Source: a virus (lineage: Duplodnaviria > Caudoviricetes). From it: DNA of 64,000 bases. The stretch lies in the IMG/VR virus record IMGVR_UViG_3300032007_004013, positions 1 to 64,000 of that record. One strand, 5' to 3'. The notes below the pieces were generated by a model. It was not told the DNA's origin. It ran no database searches and was given only the letters and a program-made list of their open reading frames with translations. The position numbers and the translations under genes were made by a program. How positions within the stretch are numbered: the stretch's first letter is position 1; each line of letters begins with the position of its first letter. Of this stretch, positions 63,534 through 64,000 are shown piece after piece.

Positions 63534-63729
63534 AATACGTCCTCCTGTTCCAAGCTTCTATAGCTTTGTTCTGAGCGATCAACGGTGAGTGATGCCAAAA
63601 GGCGACAGGGAACGATGGTCCGTTTGCACCGCAGTTTTGGCAAACAACTCTGTATCTATTTGTTTTGAATTGCCTGATTCTGCCTTTGTTTTTACCGCAA
63701 AAGGGGCAATGCTCTGTTATCTTGTCCAT
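63514..63729 (-). CDS. Lar-like restriction-alleviation protein
   Basis: CPFCG...VVCQNCGA.GP...AIEAWNRR; start trimmed to MDKITEH. Confidence 0.75.
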   Translation of the reverse strand: MDKITEHCPFCGKNKGRIRQFKTNRYRVVCQNCGANGPSFPVAFWHHSPLIAQNKAIEAWNRRTYYVRRLR

Positions 63730-63730
63730 A

Positions 63731-64000
63731 TCACGTTTTGCCCTCCAATAAGTCAGAAACATCAATTCTTATACCTCTTCCTTTATCTTTGTTGATGTGT
63801 TTTTTGATATACGGAACAGATGTAGACAGGATAACCTCGATTGTAAGTCTTGTATCTCTTCCACAACAATCGTTCCATAACATGTACAGTTCGCATCCTC
63901 TGATGTCGTTCTTTTGCATCTTCGAGAACGCAGATTCAGCTGCCGTCTCGTTCATTTTATACGCTTCAGCAACAAACGTCATAGCTCCGGGATTCCAATT
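63731..64000 (-). CDS. hypothetical protein (probably truncated by the window edge)
   Basis: Frame appears open to the window end; IRG.ELYMLWNDCC.RD motif. Confidence 0.6.
   Translation of the reverse strand, partial: NWNPGAMTFVAEAYKMNETAAESAFSKMQKNDIRGCELYMLWNDCCGRDTRLTIEVILSTSVPYIKKHINKDKGRGIRIDVSDLLEGKT

Larger units (their letters stand above)
1..64000 (-). mobile_element. Tailed phage (Caudoviricetes, siphovirus-like) genome segment
   Basis: Co-oriented terminase, portal, capsid, tail, tape measure and lysis genes plus a dense array of small accessory ORFs; no host housekeeping genes. Free phage versus prophage cannot be decided from this window. Confidence 0.97.

Noticed and set aside
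1-64000. Integrase, att sites, tRNA/rRNA genes, replication genes
   Set aside because: None recognised in this window; lifestyle and replication mode cannot be assigned from it.

Overview
This 64 kb window is part of a tailed dsDNA phage genome (siphovirus-like, A118/SPP1-type head and tail genes). The gene content suggests a Clostridia/Bacillota host. Almost all genes are on the minus strand. In transcription order (high to low coordinates) it holds: a cluster of small zinc-finger and Lar-like genes; a putative DNA-modification cluster (UDP-galactopyranose mutase, ParB-like protein, ATP-grasp ligase, TAGT/GREB1-like glycosyltransferase, RarA-C-like protein, PLP decarboxylase); terminase, portal and head genes with a Tad1 anti-defence gene; tail genes with one plus-strand lipoprotein moron; a 2221-aa tail adhesin that is the target of a complete diversity-generating retroelement (VR-hairpin-avd-TR-RT); a lysis cassette with a three-catalytic-domain endolysin; and about 19 kb of small early/accessory genes. 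That last region contains repeated sigma70-type promoters, two type II hammerhead ribozymes, an orphan MazF-like gene, a MazG-like gene and a second, remote DGR target gene. I recognised no integrase, replication genes, tRNA, rRNA or CRISPR array. All family calls come from motif recognition by eye, not from database searches.
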